Shown one piece after another: positions 17,127-25,511 of a stretch of DNA of 36,485 nucleotides (its first letter is position 1; each line of letters begins with the position of its first letter). The notes under the pieces are model-generated. The model was given only the letters and a program-made list of their open reading frames with translations. It made no database searches and had not been told where the DNA came from. Both the position numbers and the translations under genes were made by a program. The DNA is taken from contig PCVE01000108.1 in the NCBI GenBank assembly GCA_002762705.1, positions 1 through 36,485 on the forward strand. The letters are read 5' to 3'. This DNA comes from Candidatus Woesearchaeota archaeon CG11_big_fil_rev_8_21_14_0_20_43_8 (GTDB lineage Archaea > Nanobdellota > Nanobdellia > Woesearchaeales > CG08-08-20-14).

Positions 17127-17738
17127 ATGAGAAACAAGATCCGTATAGTTATGATGTGGCTTCTTCCAGTGATTCTGGTCGGTGGGGTGATATGGCCATA
17201 TCTTGGTTTTCTGGTACTTGGCATGATGGTGTTCTTCCTTGTGCTTTCTTATTTCAAAGGCAGATACTGGTGCGGCAACCTATGTCCACGAGGGACTTTC
17301 CTTGACAAGTATCTACGCAGATTCGCAAGGGATAGGCATGTCCCGAGATTGTTCAAGAACTCTACTTTCAGATGGAGCGTCTTCATTCTTCTTATGGCGT
17401 TCATGGTATTTCGTCTGTCCATAGCTTCAAGCGCAGCCGCCGTCGGGCTTGTCTTTGTCACGATGTGCCTATTGACCACTGTGATAGCGATCCCTTTAGG
17501 TCTTGTGTTCCGGGCAAGAAGCTGGTGCGCGGTATGTCCGATGGGTACGCTTCAAGGGACATTGTCGAAGAGAAAGCATGCAGTCGAACTGAATAGCGAG
17601 TGCGCAGGATGTGGTGTCTGCAAGATAAAATGCCCGATAAGCTCAGATCCCTCATCTGGTAAAGTGCATAGCCGTGATTGTATCAAGTGCGGCAAGTGCA
17701 GCACTGTCTGTTTCAAGGACGCCATACAGCATAATTAA
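17127..17738 (+). CDS. NapH/NosR-like (Fer4_5) polytopic membrane Fe-S protein
   Basis: TM helices; GRYWCGNLCPRG and RSWCAVCPMG; two C-terminal CxxCxxCxxxC motifs. Confidence 0.88.
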   Translation: MRNKIRIVMMWLLPVILVGGVIWPYLGFLVLGMMVFFLVLSYFKGRYWCGNLCPRGTFLDKYLRRFARDRHVPRLFKNSTFRWSVFILLMAFMVFRLSIASSAAAVGLVFVTMCLLTTVIAIPLGLVFRARSWCAVCPMGTLQGTLSKRKHAVELNSECAGCGVCKIKCPISSDPSSGKVHSRDCIKCGKCSTVCFKDAIQHN

Positions 17739-17790
17739 TTCGAAATTTTTTTAATTGGATCTTGCTTTTGATGATTAAAGAGGGATCATT

Positions 17791-18249
17791 ATGAAAAAAA
17801 CATTAGTCTCATTGGTTCTTGGAATGACACTTGCAACCTCAGGATGTGCTTTCACTTCTGTTTCAGATGCTTATTACGGAACTATTGATAATAATCAAGT
17901 CCAGATCGTGAATATCATCAGAAGATCCATGATATCAACAACGATGAAAGTGGGTACGAATGCAAAAAGTGCCGAATCTGAGGTGGAACTTATCCTATTT
18001 GATTACAGCACAGGTGAACTTGGAGATGAAGAGCAAGATTACATCATGATTGGTAAAAAAGACGGCCCATGTAAGCTATATACTCCTAGATTCATGAACG
18101 AAAATGATTTCCCACCAATAACTTTTGATTCGTCTTCTAAAAGTGGACTTGCATCTGAGACAAAAAAGTTGTTTGAGAGATATAATCCTCTTTTTCGTGA
18201 TTATCTTGTGAAAGCAGCAAGACAGATGACTGGACAATCGCAGAAATGA
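17791..18249 (+). CDS. Putative lipoprotein, hypothetical
   Basis: MKK-hydrophobic-TSGC lipobox-like N-terminus; GAGGGG RBS. Confidence 0.7.
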   Translation: MKKTLVSLVLGMTLATSGCAFTSVSDAYYGTIDNNQVQIVNIIRRSMISTTMKVGTNAKSAESEVELILFDYSTGELGDEEQDYIMIGKKDGPCKLYTPRFMNENDFPPITFDSSSKSGLASETKKLFERYNPLFRDYLVKAARQMTGQSQK

Positions 18250-18319
18250 TATTTGACAGAAATGAGCAGATAGATTTAAATAACTCACATCGCATTGCAA
18301 TCCATAGGGTGGATTAATT

Positions 18320-19174
18320 ATGTTTGAGATCACAGGTCTTGCAATACTTGATACATTCTCATGGGACGCAGTCTCTGAAAAATTGCTTTCTTATGTGCCA
18401 AGATTGATTGTCTCGGTGATCCTCTTTGCGATTGGTTATGTGTTCATCAGGATCGTGGATGCAGGGCTCGCAAAGATATTCAAGCGGACGAAGTTCGACA
18501 GGACACTTGAGATCTTCATACAGAAGACATCAGTCGGCATATTGTGGATGATCATAGCACTTATTGTGCTCTCGAATCTCGGAGTCAATGTCTCTGGTAT
18601 AATTGCGGGGCTTGGCATCATGGGCTTTGTCGTCGGCTTCGCTCTTAAAGATACTCTTGGCAATTTTGCCGCAGGACTTTTCATCCTTGCATACAAGCCA
18701 TTCCGTGTCGATGATTATGTCGATGTCGGTGGCGTGTCAGGGACAGTGAAAGAAGTCGGGCTTGCGGCGTGTGTGCTTCGGAGCCCTGATGGGATCAAGA
18801 TTACTGTCCCTAATTCAGAGATCTGGGGAAAGGCCATCATGAATTATACCGGCAACACAGTGCGATGTATCAGAAATCTTAATGTCGGCATCGGCTATGG
18901 CGATGATATCAAGAAAGCGAAGAAGATAATCATGGATATCATGAAGAAAGATTCTCGCATACTTCCTGATCCTGTGCCGGAAGTGGTTGTGATCGCTTTA
19001 GGTGATTCATCAGTCAATCTATCTGTCCGTCCTAGCGTCAAAAAAGAGGATTTCTGGGCAGTCTATTTCGACTTGATTGTGCAAATAAAAGAGATGTTCG
19101 ACAAGAACGGGATATCGATACCTTTCCCACAAAGAGATGTGCATATGTATCAGGAGAAGAAAAAGAAGAGATGA
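18320..19174 (+). CDS. mscS: Small-conductance mechanosensitive channel
   Basis: AGLGIMGFVVGFALKDTLGNFAAG, KPFRVDDYV, VPNS, GISIPFPQRDV. Confidence 0.95.
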   Translation: MFEITGLAILDTFSWDAVSEKLLSYVPRLIVSVILFAIGYVFIRIVDAGLAKIFKRTKFDRTLEIFIQKTSVGILWMIIALIVLSNLGVNVSGIIAGLGIMGFVVGFALKDTLGNFAAGLFILAYKPFRVDDYVDVGGVSGTVKEVGLAACVLRSPDGIKITVPNSEIWGKAIMNYTGNTVRCIRNLNVGIGYGDDIKKAKKIIMDIMKKDSRILPDPVPEVVVIALGDSSVNLSVRPSVKKEDFWAVYFDLIVQIKEMFDKNGISIPFPQRDVHMYQEKKKKR

Positions 19175-19212
19175 TTATTTTGTGTTCTCTGATTCCATAT
19201 GCAAGAGGATTA

Positions 19213-20205
19213 TCACAGGAACAGCGGCGCGATGGACTGGACCTTGTCGACAAGCGACTTGTCAGGTATCACCCAGGTATTGCTGTCAGACTCCCTGAGC
19301 AGGTTCTCGCTATGGCCTGCGTAAGGCCAAGCATTGAAATGCAGCCACTCTTCTCCTGATTCAACACCATAAGTCACTTCCAGAAGGGAATTCGCTGTAG
19401 TCATCTCATGGGGTCTTCGGTCTATTCTGTCGCCACGCATGCTTCCATATCTCACTGGATTGAAGATGTATGCGTTTATGACTGGTGATGCATCAGAATC
19501 CTGGTCATGCCACCATGGCTTTATCAGAAGCACGTCGCCGGCATGATCTGCAAGAGATCCGTAACTACCCAACTTATTCTTCCCTTTTTCCATATCAAAA
19601 TAAGTGATCCTCTCATATGGGAAAACCGTGCCACCGATTATCTGGGCAATGACAACAGGGTGCAGCAGGTGTTTTGGGTGGATATTCCCATGCCCCTTTA
19701 GTATTTTAGGGACATCCAGGATAGGGCGTCGATGACGTTTCCAGCCTTTTTTCATGTAATTGTCCCGGAAGAAGCCTACAATCTCTTCTAACTCTGGATA
19801 GTTCTTAGGCCCCCTTCCATCCTTTGTTCTTTTCAGCCATTTGTGCGGATCGATGCCTTCATTCAGAAGAAGCTGCTTCGCCCGCGCGAGAATCTGTGTT
19901 TCATCTTCTGGTGTGTGATGATAGAATAGCTGGTATTCTATCGCTTCGCAGTCTATCATGTCGAGGTCAAATCCGCTTCCCGACATGATGCATTTGTTTG
20001 ATTCAAAATTGTCAAGAACAAGCATGTAGTCACCATTGCCGTTTCGCATATTATATTTTGCTTTCAATGGCACAGCGATGTCCTTGCCATGCTTGTCTGT
20101 CATGGTCTTGCTAGATTCTATAAGTATCTGGTCGGTATCATACACAGTTATTGTGATGTTGTCGTCTATGATCCGTTTTACTTCTCTGTGCTCTAATGGT
20201 CGCAT
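19213..20205 (-). CDS. Hypothetical soluble protein (orphan, about 330 aa)
   Basis: Long ORF; GAGGT RBS before ATG 20205; TATA-like AAAGTATAATA near 20250; no family recognised. Confidence 0.75.
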   Translation of the reverse strand: MRPLEHREVKRIIDDNITITVYDTDQILIESSKTMTDKHGKDIAVPLKAKYNMRNGNGDYMLVLDNFESNKCIMSGSGFDLDMIDCEAIEYQLFYHHTPEDETQILARAKQLLLNEGIDPHKWLKRTKDGRGPKNYPELEEIVGFFRDNYMKKGWKRHRRPILDVPKILKGHGNIHPKHLLHPVVIAQIIGGTVFPYERITYFDMEKGKNKLGSYGSLADHAGDVLLIKPWWHDQDSDASPVINAYIFNPVRYGSMRGDRIDRRPHEMTTANSLLEVTYGVESGEEWLHFNAWPYAGHSENLLRESDSNTWVIPDKSLVDKVQSIAPLFL

Positions 20206-20335
20206 GTGTCTCAAACCTCTTTGGTATTTTGGGGTATGTTGATGTCAGTATTATACTTTGTGTTTATGTTCCCACATCTTTTCGGCTCTGTAGAAAGTCG
20301 TCTTCTCCGGGAGATACATCTCATATTAGCTTCTA

Positions 20336-20374
20336 GCACGCTGACCAGATCCTCTGGTCAGCGTGCGCTTTTTT
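20336..20374 (+). repeat. Perfect 14-bp inverted repeat followed by a T-tract
   Basis: GCACGCTGACCAGA-TCC-TCTGGTCAGCGTGC-GCTTTTTT. Confidence 0.85.
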
Positions 20375-20623
20375 GCCCTGCCTGTCAGACCTTATATGCA
20401 TGATGGATCAAAAATAGCAGGGGCAGACAGTGTCTGGACCGCTTGAGGCGGCCCGGGACTCTGCCAAGAGGAGATATGAAAAGAATTATGCATCGATCAT
20501 CAAGACACGACTTTCTACAATGCCCATCTTTTCGGCTAATATGAAACCCTCTCCATTTATTTGTACAATTTAACACGAGAAAACGCATTATCTCGGCGGA
20601 TATGCAATATACATTCTGTCTAT

Positions 20624-20816
20624 CGGCTTCGCTCCGTCCCGGAGGGACTAACGCTTCAGCCGTTCTATAGGCCAGGTCAAAACCCTTTGTGGCTTCCTAG
20701 ATTGCTTCTCCGAGCTTAGGTATTCAAGACGCGCCTTACGGCGCAGCAACAGGATCAGATGCCACAAAGCAGCTCGTAGGACGAAGTCCGAAGAGCGTAT
20801 TTATTGGATCTTGGCC
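20624..20816. other. Hairpin-rich non-coding element (REP/MITE-like or ncRNA)
   Basis: Stems CGGCT/AGCCG, GTCCC-GGA-GGGAC, CTTTGTGGC/GCCACAAAG, GCGCC-TTAC-GGCGC, GGAC-GAA-GTCC and GGCCAGGTC/GATCTTGGCC. Confidence 0.55.
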
Positions 20817-20969
20817 CTTTTTTAATAGTCTCTGCCGTCGATAAAACGACTGATCTCGTCGGAGATATAGTTCTTTAGTCTAGAGGGTTTCACATTAGCC
20901 CATCTTTTCCTAAACTTTAAATATCTCTTATCAATAAAACATATGATGATATATGAAGGGGTGCTAGAA

Positions 20970-22328
20970 ATGTCAGTATTCAGAGCATATGATATAAGGG
21001 GTGTATACCCGACAGAGATCAATGAAGATATCGCCTATGGTGTCGGAAGAGCGTTTGTCCTGTTCCTTAAATGCAAGACTGTTGTTATAGGAAGAGATAT
21101 GCGATTGTCATCAGACAGCATATTCGAAGCATTGGCTCGCGGCATAACAGACCAGGGCGCAGATGTGATAGATATAGGTCTCTGCTCGACACCGATGGAC
21201 TATTTCACGATCGCGAAATATGGCTATGACAGCGGTATAATGATAACTGCGTCGCATAACCCAAAAGAATACAACGGCCTGAAGCTGTCGAGAGCGAAAG
21301 CCATCCCGATCGGTGGAGACAGCGGCATGAAAGATGTCGAAGCATTATACAACAAGCATAAAGGTGGGAGTTGGCCTGATGCAGAAAATAAAGGCACAAT
21401 AATAAAAAAAGATATCGAAGATGATTATGTCGCGCATCTTCTTGATTTCATGGGCGGAAAGAAATTATCTAACATGAAGATCGCAGTAGACGCGGCAAAC
21501 GCTACAGGTGTGATCGAATTTGAGCACATGAAAAAATTGTCCGATGATACTGTCGAATACATCCCGCTCTATATGGAGATTGATGGCACATTCCCAAATC
21601 ATGAAGCGAATCCACTAAAAGAAGAGAATATGAAAGATGTCGCAAAAGCAGTAGTAGACAACAAAGCCCACATCGGCCTTGCCTTTGACGGCGACTGCGA
21701 CAGAGCTGGTTTTGTCGATGAAGATGGAAAAGTAGTATCGGCAGATTTCATCACGGCGCTCATCGCGCGTCAGTTCCTCTTAGAGAAGAAAGGAGAGAAG
21801 GTTCTCTATGATCTCCGTTGCAGTTGGGTGACAAAAGAAGAGATAGAGAAAGCTGGCGGAATACCTATGATGTGCAAAGTAGGCCACGCATTCATCAAAA
21901 GACAGCTTAGAGATGAAAACGCCGTCTTCGGCGGCGAGCTAGCAGGACATTTCTATTTCCGGGATAATTTTTTCACAGATTCTGGTATAATTGCTATCCT
22001 TCAGATGCTCAAATATGTCTCATCGGCGATCAAGGGCGGTACCACAGTGTCCCAACTTGTGGATCCAATGCGAAAGTATTTCTGTACAGGCGAGATCAAC
22101 ACAAAAGTGAAAGATCCAGACGCGATCTTAAAAGACCTGGAAGACAATTTCACAGAAGGCGCTTCGTTGGTTTCGCATCTTGACGGTATCAAGGTTGAGT
22201 TCGACGACTATTGGTACAATGTGAGGAAGAGCAATACCGAACCAGTTCTCAGACTCATCGTCGAAGGCAGGACAAAAGAAGTCATGGAACAGAGAAGAGA
22301 TGAGCTTCTCAATGTGATCCGCGGATAA
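20970..22328 (+). CDS. Phosphomannomutase/phosphoglucomutase
   Basis: FRAYDIRG, ITASHNP (phospho-Ser), FDGDCDR, GELAGH, RKSNTEP. Confidence 0.95.
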   Translation: MSVFRAYDIRGVYPTEINEDIAYGVGRAFVLFLKCKTVVIGRDMRLSSDSIFEALARGITDQGADVIDIGLCSTPMDYFTIAKYGYDSGIMITASHNPKEYNGLKLSRAKAIPIGGDSGMKDVEALYNKHKGGSWPDAENKGTIIKKDIEDDYVAHLLDFMGGKKLSNMKIAVDAANATGVIEFEHMKKLSDDTVEYIPLYMEIDGTFPNHEANPLKEENMKDVAKAVVDNKAHIGLAFDGDCDRAGFVDEDGKVVSADFITALIARQFLLEKKGEKVLYDLRCSWVTKEEIEKAGGIPMMCKVGHAFIKRQLRDENAVFGGELAGHFYFRDNFFTDSGIIAILQMLKYVSSAIKGGTTVSQLVDPMRKYFCTGEINTKVKDPDAILKDLEDNFTEGASLVSHLDGIKVEFDDYWYNVRKSNTEPVLRLIVEGRTKEVMEQRRDELLNVIRG

Positions 22329-22341
22329 GGGTTTGATCCAT

Positions 22342-22758
22342 TCAGCCGATCATTTTTTTTATCTCATCCTTTATTCCGATGATGATATCGTGGCCAAGAT
22401 CCTTCTTTTCATATGGCGCATAGTTTGCGTCCGGCCTTGGATCAATAAAATCTATTCCATGGAAATTGCGAACAGAATGATACCTTGGTATCAAGTGCCA
22501 GTGCAGATGACGTACAGTATTTCCAAGACAGGCGACATTTGGCCAGTCGTGGTTGTATAATCTCTTTATGGCAGAATCCCATGCAGGTATGATCAGTCCA
22601 AACAGCTCATCTCGTTCGACAGGATCCATGTCTATAATCCTCTCGGCGTCAGGTCGTTTTGCCCATGCCACACATCTTCCAAGATATGGGTATTGCTCTT
22701 TGTGGATATAGAGCCCCCATTTTTCATAATCCTTGATCAGCAGATGTTCATATCCCAT
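22342..22758 (-). CDS. HIT-family nucleotide hydrolase
   Basis: LGNTVRHLHWHLIPRY histidine triad. Confidence 0.9.
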   Translation of the reverse strand: MGYEHLLIKDYEKWGLYIHKEQYPYLGRCVAWAKRPDAERIIDMDPVERDELFGLIIPAWDSAIKRLYNHDWPNVACLGNTVRHLHWHLIPRYHSVRNFHGIDFIDPRPDANYAPYEKKDLGHDIIIGIKDEIKKMIG

Positions 22759-22781
22759 GATTCTTTCTTTTTACCATTGCG

Positions 22782-25151
22782 CTAATGGTTACAGAGCGAG
22801 AACCCGCATCCTGGGCAGAGGCAACATCCTTCCTGGACAATCAAAGAGCTTTTGCATTCCGGACAGCTATCCGGCACTTTTCCAAAAGCGCTTGCCTGTT
22901 GTGGTTCTTTTTCAGGTTCAGGGATGCTTTTCAAATATACCTGATGAGCGGGCGTCGTCCCGAGAGATTCAGAGCTCTGCATGTTCGGCATGTCTGCAGT
23001 TATACGAGAATCTTTTTTTGGTTCAGCTTTCTTTTGTGCCTGCGCCACATTGTATATCATGTTGATCTTTTCGAGAAGCTCTGTCTGTTTCTCTTTTCTT
23101 GTCTCATTATCAATATTGAGAACTTGCTGGCTTCTTGACCTGTCACGGTATATCGTCACGCCTTTGCATCCGAGTTTGTATGCGAGCATATATGCGCTTT
23201 TGACATTGTCGACAGATGCGTTAGACGGGAAATTTATTGTCTTCGAGACCGCATTATCGATCTCTTCTTGGAACGCTCCCTGCATCTTTATATGCCATTC
23301 CGGCGATATGTCGTGCGATGTTATGAAAACATCTTTGATCTTTTCTGGGATAATCGGAATCTTTGAGATCGATCCAGTAAGAGCGACAAGCTCCATCAGC
23401 TCGTCAGAATAAAGGCCAGCTTCCCTGATGGTCTCCTCGAAATATTTGTTCACATAAAGAAGATCCTTCCCATCCATAACTCTCTTGATATAAGACAATG
23501 CAAAGAGCGGTTCTATCCCTGATGAACAGTCCGCGATCATGCTGATGGTTCCAGTCGGAGCGATTGTCGTAGTCGTCGCATTCCTCATCGGAGGAAGCCC
23601 TGGCTTGTCATAGATGCTGCCTTTGAAATTCAGGAATGGACCGCGTACTTTCGCAAGCTCCTGCGAAGCCTTCTTAGATTCATCTGAGATGAATTTCATG
23701 ATCTTGCCGCCCATCTTGACTCCTTCTTCAGAATTGTATGGTATGCCAAGCAATATCAGCATGTCAGCAAATCCCATGAGACCAAGCCCGATCTTCCTAT
23801 TTGCCTTTGTCATTTTCTCAATCTGCGGAAGGGGGAACTTGTTCATATCGATCACATTATCAAGGAAATGGACCGCGATATGCACGACTTTTCCAAGCCT
23901 TTCCCAATCGACTTTGCCGTTCTTGACCATCTTCGCAAGATTCAGAGAACCAAGATTGCATGATTCATAAGGCAGCAATGGCTGTTCGCCACATGGGTTT
24001 GTGCTCTCTATCTCGCCGACATGCGGTGTCGGATTATAGTCATTTATTCTGTCAAGGAAGACAATGCCTGGTTCTCCGTTTTTCCAGGCCATGGCCACGA
24101 TGAGGTCGAACACAGTCCTTGCAGACATCTTGCTAAGAGGTTCTTTTGTCCTTGGATTATAAAGATTATATTCTATGTCTTTCTCGACGGCATTCATAAA
24201 TTCATGCGTGAGTCCGACAGAGATATTGAAGTTGTTTAGCACATTCTCTTTCTCTTTGCATGTTATGAAATCCATGATATCTGGGTGATCTACTCTAAGG
24301 ATGCCCATGTTGGCGCCTCGTCTTTTCCCACCTTGCTTGATCACTTCTGTCGCAGCATCGAATACCCTCATGAAAGAGATCGGTCCGCTTGAGACGCCCT
24401 TTGTCGAATTGACGACATCGTTCTTCGGCCTCAATCTGGTGAAAGAGAATCCTGTCCCTCCGCCAGATTTATGTATGATCGCTGTGTTTTTTATGGTGTC
24501 GAAGATGCCTTCCATGGAATCCTCGACAGGCAGCACAAAGCATGCTGACAATTGCTGCAGATGATTGCCTGCATTCATCAGTGTCGGACTGTTGGGCATG
24601 AATTCAAGATTTGTCATGACCTCGTAGAATTCCATCATGGTTTTCTTGGTATCTGTGTTTTTGTCATATTTCTTGTCAGCTTTTGCGATGTTTTTCGCGA
24701 CACGGGTGAACAATTGTTCGGGAGTTTCGATGATCTCTCCAGATTCATTTTTGATAAGATATCTTTCCTTCAAAACTTTGAGCGCATTCATAGACAAGCT
24801 CGTATCGATGTTCTTTCCAAGGATAAGCGCGATCTCTTTTCGTAGCTCATTTCTTTTTTGTCTATACAAGATATATGCTTTCGCTGTCCTCACGTGACCT
24901 GTCTCGATAAGCACCCTTTCTACTATATCCTGTGTCTGTTCGACAGACGGCACAGTATGTCCATCATAGATCTCTTCGACCATCTCAGATACTTGCGATG
25001 CGAGTGTCTCTGCAAGCTTTCTGTCACTTCCACCGACGGCCACTGCCGCTTTGAAGATCGCAGTTGTGATTTTGTCTATATCGAATGGGACGACTCTGCC
25101 ATCCCTTTTTCTGATCTTAGAAATAGATCTCTTTTTTTTATCGCCAACCAT
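22782..25151 (-). CDS. nrdJ: Class II (adenosylcobalamin-dependent) ribonucleotide reductase with ATP-cone
   Basis: KIRKRDG ATP-cone, [43 protein letters not shown]; C-terminal CPEC...CPGCGFSLC. There is no adjacent beta subunit. Confidence 0.93.
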   Translation of the reverse strand: MVGDKKKRSISKIRKRDGRVVPFDIDKITTAIFKAAVAVGGSDRKLAETLASQVSEMVEEIYDGHTVPSVEQTQDIVERVLIETGHVRTAKAYILYRQKRNELRKEIALILGKNIDTSLSMNALKVLKERYLIKNESGEIIETPEQLFTRVAKNIAKADKKYDKNTDTKKTMMEFYEVMTNLEFMPNSPTLMNAGNHLQQLSACFVLPVEDSMEGIFDTIKNTAIIHKSGGGTGFSFTRLRPKNDVVNSTKGVSSGPISFMRVFDAATEVIKQGGKRRGANMGILRVDHPDIMDFITCKEKENVLNNFNISVGLTHEFMNAVEKDIEYNLYNPRTKEPLSKMSARTVFDLIVAMAWKNGEPGIVFLDRINDYNPTPHVGEIESTNPCGEQPLLPYESCNLGSLNLAKMVKNGKVDWERLGKVVHIAVHFLDNVIDMNKFPLPQIEKMTKANRKIGLGLMGFADMLILLGIPYNSEEGVKMGGKIMKFISDESKKASQELAKVRGPFLNFKGSIYDKPGLPPMRNATTTTIAPTGTISMIADCSSGIEPLFALSYIKRVMDGKDLLYVNKYFEETIREAGLYSDELMELVALTGSISKIPIIPEKIKDVFITSHDISPEWHIKMQGAFQEEIDNAVSKTINFPSNASVDNVKSAYMLAYKLGCKGVTIYRDRSRSQQVLNIDNETRKEKQTELLEKINMIYNVAQAQKKAEPKKDSRITADMPNMQSSESLGTTPAHQVYLKSIPEPEKEPQQASAFGKVPDSCPECKSSLIVQEGCCLCPGCGFSLCNH

Positions 25152-25511
25152 GTTCAACCCCTTTTTACTCCTCTTTTTTTTGAATGAAAAATTCTCTTCA
25201 CAAACGCCAATAAGCGAAGAGCATTACCTCTCTTTCTCCCATTTCCATACTAGAACCAAAAGGCTCTCTAAACAAGCAAACAACTAGTGAATAGTGCCCT
25301 TTTTCCAAATCCCCCACAAATCAGGGCATACTCTAGGATTCAAACATCCATAAAATATATCGTTTCTCGATGTTTATTAATGTTTGGTTAAGATTAATTG
25401 GTATCCGGTTTGATTTATATATATTTCCCGAATGCAAATTATATGTAGTATCCATTTCATTTTGATAGTCCTGTCTCAATGGATATATTGCAGTGGCACT
25501 GTCATTATCAT

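Noticed and set aside
17006-17305. 99-aa ORF beginning MGYGVWGM
   Set aside because: It starts inside the heptamer repeat and overlaps the well-supported Fe-S protein out of frame.
20211-20324. 37-codon minus-strand uORF (MRCISRRR...) ending at the orphan's RBS
   Set aside because: It is short, has no RBS, and spans the orphan's probable TATA box.
20215-20940. tRNA, SRP RNA, RNase P RNA, hammerhead ribozyme or retron ncRNA
   Set aside because: By eye I found no T-loop/cloverleaf, SRP helix-8 motif, GAGGAAAGUCC or CUGAUGA/GAAA core, and there is no reverse transcriptase in the window. An Rfam scan is still needed.
25160-25500. Cobalamin riboswitch or NrdR boxes upstream of nrdJ
   Set aside because: There is no B12-box consensus, and the NrdR-like matches are weak in AT-rich sequence.
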